From: Escherichia phage vB_EcoM_ACG-C40 | Sequence record: NC_019399.1 | Length of the DNA stretch: 64,000 nucleotides | Direction: 5' to 3' (one strand) | Shown: in pieces, positions 59,237-64,000 of the stretch | Position numbering within the stretch: the first letter of the stretch is position 1 | Layout of the letters: the number at the start of each line of letters is the position of its first letter | The notes under the pieces: generated by a model | Seen by the model: the letters and a program-made list of their open reading frames with translations, nothing else | Told to the model about the DNA's origin: nothing | Database searches by the model: none | Translations under genes and position numbers: made by a program

Positions 59237-59574
59237 CTAGTACTCAATCCTCGATTATAAGAATCTACCAAACGGTCAACCATTGAATGACAAGCGGCTT
59301 TATCTTTCTCCTCCGCAACTGAACATTCTAAGGTATTCCACTTTTTAGCATATCGTTTTAATAATGTATCGTTTTTGTATCTGCTTGATTTATCTCTTTC
59401 TCCGTCTTTATATGCATATATTAATTTCTGTGCAAATTCAGCTTGGCATGCTTTATTTTTCCCACAATAATCTGCCGCAGTGCGGTTTACATATTCTCTA
59501 ATTTCAGTATATGATGTATCTGCTAACGCAGAAAATGAAATTAATCCTATACATAAAACCAAAATTTTAGTCAT
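59233..59574 (-). CDS. secreted protein (113 aa)
   Basis: Signal peptide MTKILVLCIGLISFSALA. Confidence 0.5.
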   Translation of the reverse strand: MTKILVLCIGLISFSALADTSYTEIREYVNRTAADYCGKNKACQAEFAQKLIYAYKDGERDKSSRYKNDTLLKRYAKKWNTLECSVAEEKDKAACHSMVDRLVDSYNRGLSTR

Positions 59575-59577
59575 TTA

Positions 59578-60111
59578 CTATTCCAAAAGTTTATTATTTT
59601 TAAGGTAATTAGCCTTTTCTAGGACTTCAGAAGCATATTTAGAACCTGCTTTAACATTCCATCCCGAATTATAAGAGGATATTGCTTTTCTTATATCGCC
59701 CTTATGTATATTTAACCAATAAGAAAGTTCAATGTACGCCCAGGAAGCTGAATTGGATCGTTTATTCAACATTCTTTTTATTTCAGCATCGGTCATATTA
59801 TAACCAAGTTCCTTAACTCTTGCTCGCATAGTAGGCAAATAATTTTGGAACATTCCATAAGCGTGATGCTTTGGTTTAGATTTTAAATTAACTCCGCCAG
59901 AGCTTTCTTGCCATAAAATAGCAGCCATTATATGACCTAATCCGCTCTTGTGGATATTTTTGTGTGTTTTATATTTTCCATCCTTAGAAAATTGTTCCCC
60001 GAATTGATACGCGTAACGCATGTTATCGAGTTGGACATTACTGAAAGTATGCTCGGAGCTATGTGCCATCATTGAAATGGCCAATAGACCAGCGAGTAGT
60101 GCTTTTCTCAT
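59578..60111 (-). CDS. lytic transglycosylase-like secreted protein (177 aa)
   Basis: Signal peptide; SLT-like motifs WQESSGG, AYGMFQ, YNSG. Confidence 0.55.
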   Translation of the reverse strand: MRKALLAGLLAISMMAHSSEHTFSNVQLDNMRYAYQFGEQFSKDGKYKTHKNIHKSGLGHIMAAILWQESSGGVNLKSKPKHHAYGMFQNYLPTMRARVKELGYNMTDAEIKRMLNKRSNSASWAYIELSYWLNIHKGDIRKAISSYNSGWNVKAGSKYASEVLEKANYLKNNKLLE

Positions 60112-60118
60112 GCTTACC

Positions 60119-60580
60119 TCATTGAGTTTTAATTACTGCTTTAGAAGCCTTTCCTGGTAAACGACGACTGTTGATAATTGCCATCCTGCATTGAAGTGAC
60201 GGGTTTTTGAACTTCTCATTAGGCTTACAAACCGTAAATCCAAGCCAAAGATTTCCATCTGTGATTTCTAAACGTCCAGGACGATATTCAACCCCATCAA
60301 TAAAATCCTCGTCAATGTCAGGACGCGGAGGCATACTCAGGAATTCATTAACTTCTAAAACATGGTCTTTTATTTTATGGAATAATTCAAAAACATATGT
60401 CTCATCAATCTCCCGTTGAATTGCACGATCAAGAAGATGCTGAGAATATTTTAGATGAAACGATGAGACCCCTGCTGCTTTTGATGCCTCACGAATCTCA
60501 TTGTTAATTTGACGAAACTCCGACTCAAAGTGACGACGAAGCTTATTTCTACGGATAAAAACTTCTGTATTGATAGTCAT
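60119..60580 (-). CDS. regB: endoribonuclease RegB (153 aa)
   Basis: Length and sequence match T4 RegB as recalled. Confidence 0.85.
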   Translation of the reverse strand: MTINTEVFIRRNKLRRHFESEFRQINNEIREASKAAGVSSFHLKYSQHLLDRAIQREIDETYVFELFHKIKDHVLEVNEFLSMPPRPDIDEDFIDGVEYRPGRLEITDGNLWLGFTVCKPNEKFKNPSLQCRMAIINSRRLPGKASKAVIKTQ

Positions 60581-60607
60581 GTTATTCTCCTCTTAACTGA
60601 TAGAAAA

Positions 60608-60637
60608 ATTATACCACAGTCAAGAGGAAAAGTAAAC
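60608..60637 (-). promoter_or_regulatory. T4-type early promoter upstream of regB
   Basis: GTTTAC, 18 bp, TGGTATAAT. Confidence 0.65.
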
Positions 60638-60639
60638 AG

Positions 60640-60918
60640 TTATTCTTTAAATCTAATCAATTTATTCATAGACTTTGTAACTTCTGCACGAACCTCATGT
60701 AAGTTTTTAAGCTGTTCAAGACGTTGCTCATAGTAAGCAATTTCATCTTCTTCGAGGCAGTCCTGTGAATCTTCTTTAAGATAACGTGCATAGTCCTGGA
60801 AAGCTTTACGGACTACTTCCTGGAAGTCATCAAGACTTTGAATTTTCTTAGGAGCAACAGATACACGACGAGGGGCAGTATAATACTCATAACCAAACCC
60901 TGCGCTTAATTGAGCCAT
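60640..60918 (-). CDS. hypothetical protein (92 aa)
   Basis: ATG 60918 after GAGGAAAA (track start 60960 is GTG). Confidence 0.45.
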   Translation of the reverse strand: MAQLSAGFGYEYYTAPRRVSVAPKKIQSLDDFQEVVRKAFQDYARYLKEDSQDCLEEDEIAYYEQRLEQLKNLHEVRAEVTKSMNKLIRFKE

Positions 60919-61184
60919 TAGTATTTTTCCTCTGGTTGGAACACTGCGCGACAAGCCCACATACTGGCTTCTTTGAGTTTCATTTTAGCAATAGTTAACT
61001 GATCGAGGCTTTCGGCGTAATTCTTCGCGAGTTCATCATCTTCACAGCTATCAAATGCTTCCCAGAATTCATCATATAAAGCATCAAAGATAAGCCCTAA
61101 ACGAACTTCAGCATCTTTGATAGCATTCACTTTACTGATTTTATCGTCAGTATGTGGTTTATAACCTTTAATGTCTTCAATCAT
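60918..61184 (-). CDS. hypothetical protein (88 aa)
   Basis: ATG start. Confidence 0.5.
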   Translation of the reverse strand: MIEDIKGYKPHTDDKISKVNAIKDAEVRLGLIFDALYDEFWEAFDSCEDDELAKNYAESLDQLTIAKMKLKEASMWACRAVFQPEEKY

Positions 61185-61398
61185 ATTTTACTTCCTCACC
61201 TGTTCCCAAATCATATTCAACTAAACGAATAGGTTCATGAATGCCATATCCTTGAACAGAAATTTCTGTCGTAGGATAAATTCCATTAATATCACCCATG
61301 TTCCATGCTTCGTTAAATTGCTGTTCGCCTGAATTACTAAACCACTCGGCGAAAGCATTTAGCACATCTTCAGAACCTTCAATAATTATCTTTGCCAT
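61177..61398 (-). CDS. hypothetical protein (73 aa)
   Basis: ATG start. Confidence 0.5.
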   Translation of the reverse strand: MAKIIIEGSEDVLNAFAEWFSNSGEQQFNEAWNMGDINGIYPTTEISVQGYGIHEPIRLVEYDLGTGEEVKYD

Positions 61399-61760
61399 TA
61401 CAAACTCTCGGTGAAGGTACGAGCGATAACGTCGCGCTGCTGTTCCGGAGTCAGAGAGTTAAAGCGAACTGCATAACCGGATACACGGATGGTCAGCTGC
61501 GGATATTTTTCCGGATGCTTAACTGCATCTTCCAGAGTTTCACGACGCAGAACGTTAACGTTCAGGTGTTGACCACCTTCAATTTTAACTGTAGGCTGTT
61601 GCTCAATTTCAATTTCACGGGCATGCAAACCATAGAAAATTTCTGGGTCTACAAAAGAGTCCTCTTTAAAGGTTTTAGAGACAATAATTCGTGCTTGAAT
61701 ACCATCTTCAAAATAAATAGTACCTTTATGTGTGCCTTCAAGAATTTGATATGCTTTCAT
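61398..61760 (-). CDS. autonomous glycyl-radical cofactor, GrcA/YfiD-like (120 aa)
   Basis: C-terminal [29 protein letters not shown] glycyl-radical motif; GC-rich, host-like composition. Confidence 0.85.
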   Translation of the reverse strand: MKAYQILEGTHKGTIYFEDGIQARIIVSKTFKEDSFVDPEIFYGLHAREIEIEQQPTVKIEGGQHLNVNVLRRETLEDAVKHPEKYPQLTIRVSGYAVRFNSLTPEQQRDVIARTFTESL

Positions 61761-61766
61761 ATAACC

Positions 61767-62147
61767 TCAATTAGAAAATAAATTTATCCAAGATTGTTCT
61801 TTAATTAAAAATGGCTCAGAATCATATGCCATTAAACTCTGTGTGATTAGTCCTTTAAAAGGCCCATCAATAAATTCCATGGTAAAATATGGAATTTTAT
61901 TCATTAGCCGTGCATTAGGAGCCGTGCACAAAACTCTGCATCCTTTGAATACGCCTTTTTGTAATTTGTATTGCTTGGGATAAAATTCGCTCAAAATGTT
62001 ATTATTTGCTAAAATTTCAAAATGATTCACCAATTTATTTTTAATAGTTTTTGGTGAAAAATAAAGATATTCGAAAAGCTGAGTGTCTGTCATCATTGCA
62101 TTCCAATCACAAAAAATTGAGGACGAGTAATACCACCAATACAGCAT
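61767..62147 (-). CDS. hypothetical protein (126 aa)
   Basis: ATG start. Confidence 0.45.
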   Translation of the reverse strand: MLYWWYYSSSIFCDWNAMMTDTQLFEYLYFSPKTIKNKLVNHFEILANNNILSEFYPKQYKLQKGVFKGCRVLCTAPNARLMNKIPYFTMEFIDGPFKGLITQSLMAYDSEPFLIKEQSWINLFSN

Positions 62148-62683
62148 TTACTATTGCAGCAATATTGCACAGTTTCAATATGGACACTATAAATCTTATC
62201 CATATCAGGAGATTTAACAGGCTCATCGATTATATACAAAATTCGAGAAAGCGATAAACCTCTGAACTTGCTACCTCTATTACCAACAAAACTACGGACA
62301 GAATCAGTAAATAAACGGAATCGAATATCATCGCTAGAATAACGAGAAAATTCTTTTTTAATGCGGCCCACAGAAATTTTAGCGTAAGCTGAAGTATTAG
62401 AAAGAACAATAACTGTTCCACCATCATACAACCAATTAGCGGCAAAATTAGTTACTGCAGTTGATTTACCGGATTGTCTGCCACCATCTAAACGAAGTGT
62501 ACAATATTCTTTAAATAAATACGACGAATCAGGTACATAAAATCCACTATTACAAATTTCTTCTACTCTAGCGTCAGAATGGTGTGTAAAAGCATTCATC
62601 AGGGATAGATAAGGACCAGTTAAAAATGTTCTCATTTTATTCTCTCTAAATTTGGGCCATTCCATGGCGCATGAATTGTCCAT
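62093..62683 (-). CDS. P-loop NTPase-like protein (196 aa)
   Basis: Walker A GGRQSGKST; start uncertain (ATG 62683 or 62635); overlaps previous ORF. Confidence 0.45.
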   Translation of the reverse strand: MDNSCAMEWPKFRENKMRTFLTGPYLSLMNAFTHHSDARVEEICNSGFYVPDSSYLFKEYCTLRLDGGRQSGKSTAVTNFAANWLYDGGTVIVLSNTSAYAKISVGRIKKEFSRYSSDDIRFRLFTDSVRSFVGNRGSKFRGLSLSRILYIIDEPVKSPDMDKIYSVHIETVQYCCNSKCCIGGITRPQFFVIGMQ

Positions 62684-62776
62684 TTCTGTATTTACCCATT
62701 ACCGCACTTGGGCTCGACCTTATTACAGGTTGGCGGGAATCCCTCACAGAATCATGAGGTCCAGCTTGTTCCCATA

Positions 62777-63250
62777 TTATTTGAACGATTTAACGTACTG
62801 AATAGAACCTTTACTATTTACAAAGGCAATTTTACCATTTTTATTATACATGGTAGCAGTACGCTGATAGCCATAAGTTTGCTTACCAGATTGATAACCA
62901 ACTAATGCAAAATTATCTTCACCCATTTTATTCTGTTTAGCGCGAATGCGTTCATGACCATGTGCCATAAGAACCTTAGCATCACCAGTTACAATGGATC
63001 GACGAGTTTTTTCATCTTCAACTGTATTAACAAAGTCGTCAAATGAATCAAATTTAGCATGAGATTTATTATACAGTTTTCCATCTACTGCATAATTATA
63101 TCCCTGTACATCCATCTCAACTTCTGTACCATCATCCAATACAGCAGTAATTTTCTGTCCTTTTTTAAATTTCAAAAGATCAGTAAAAGATTCAGCAATA
63201 ATTTGAGAATTAATAGCTGCTTCAGTGATAAATTCTTGATATGTTTTCAT
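62777..63250 (-). CDS. internal protein family member with capsid-targeting sequence (157 aa)
   Basis: N-terminus MKTYQEFITEA matches the T4 internal-protein targeting sequence as recalled. Confidence 0.65.
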   Translation of the reverse strand: MKTYQEFITEAAINSQIIAESFTDLLKFKKGQKITAVLDDGTEVEMDVQGYNYAVDGKLYNKSHAKFDSFDDFVNTVEDEKTRRSIVTGDAKVLMAHGHERIRAKQNKMGEDNFALVGYQSGKQTYGYQRTATMYNKNGKIAFVNSKGSIQYVKSFK

Positions 63251-63304
63251 ATGTTTCCTTTAAATATTTTAATTAGTAATTTGTCTCTTCAAGCAACTGT
63301 GAAT

Positions 63305-63334
63305 ATACTATCACAATTCTAGGAGAAAGTAAAC
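63305..63334 (-). promoter_or_regulatory. probable early promoter
   Basis: GTTTAC present; -10 region TAGTAT is a poorer match. Confidence 0.4.
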
Positions 63335-63338
63335 AACT

Positions 63339-63884
<546 letters not shown>

Positions 63885-64000
63885 TCATTATTCGGTAAAG
63901 TGAAGGACCCATCACATATTGCCACTGAGTACGAGGAATAAGAGCAAAAGCATCCATCTCTGGAATCATGACGCCATCTTTATTTTCAAAATAAGACTCG

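Overview
This window is a near-contiguous 64 kb stretch of a T-even (T4-like) myovirus genome, running from the stop codon of rIIA through the DNA replication, recombination and nucleotide-metabolism genes to the lysozyme gene e. Almost every gene is on the minus strand. Recognisable products are rIIA, topoisomerase subunit gp39 (a single fused 39+60 ORF), DexA, Dda, ModA/ModB, Soc, gp56, Dam, primase gp61, Spackle, Dmd, helicase gp41, gp40, UvsX, gp42, Imm, DNA polymerase gp43, RegA, clamp loader gp62/gp44, clamp gp45, RpbA, gp46/gp47, alpha-glucosyltransferase, late sigma gp55, NrdH/NrdG/NrdD, endonuclease VII, NrdC, RI, thymidine kinase, RegB, a GrcA-like glycyl-radical protein, an internal protein and lysozyme. 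These assignments rest on my recollection of T4 protein sequences, lengths and gene order; no database search was run. The fused gene 39, the uninterrupted nrdD, a 280-aa DXD-motif glycosyltransferase at the beta-gt locus and the lack of a denV-like ORF point to a T2/T6-like relative rather than T4 itself. Regulatory signals are unusually readable: about 20 T4-type early promoters (GTTTAC -35, 18-bp spacer), several MotA-box middle promoters, TATAAATA late promoters and a dozen UUCG-tetraloop terminators. Three homing-endonuclease-like genes are present. Ten short coding ORFs of 37-57 aa missed by the 60-aa track are added, most by translational coupling. I did not find a clearly novel multi-gene system. 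The best candidates for undescribed biology are a 54-aa ORF carrying a capsid-targeting-like N-terminus, a start-less ORF that looks frameshifted, a lone plus-strand membrane-protein gene, and an ATPase/nucleotidyltransferase cluster of unknown function. No tRNA, rRNA or CRISPR array was seen.
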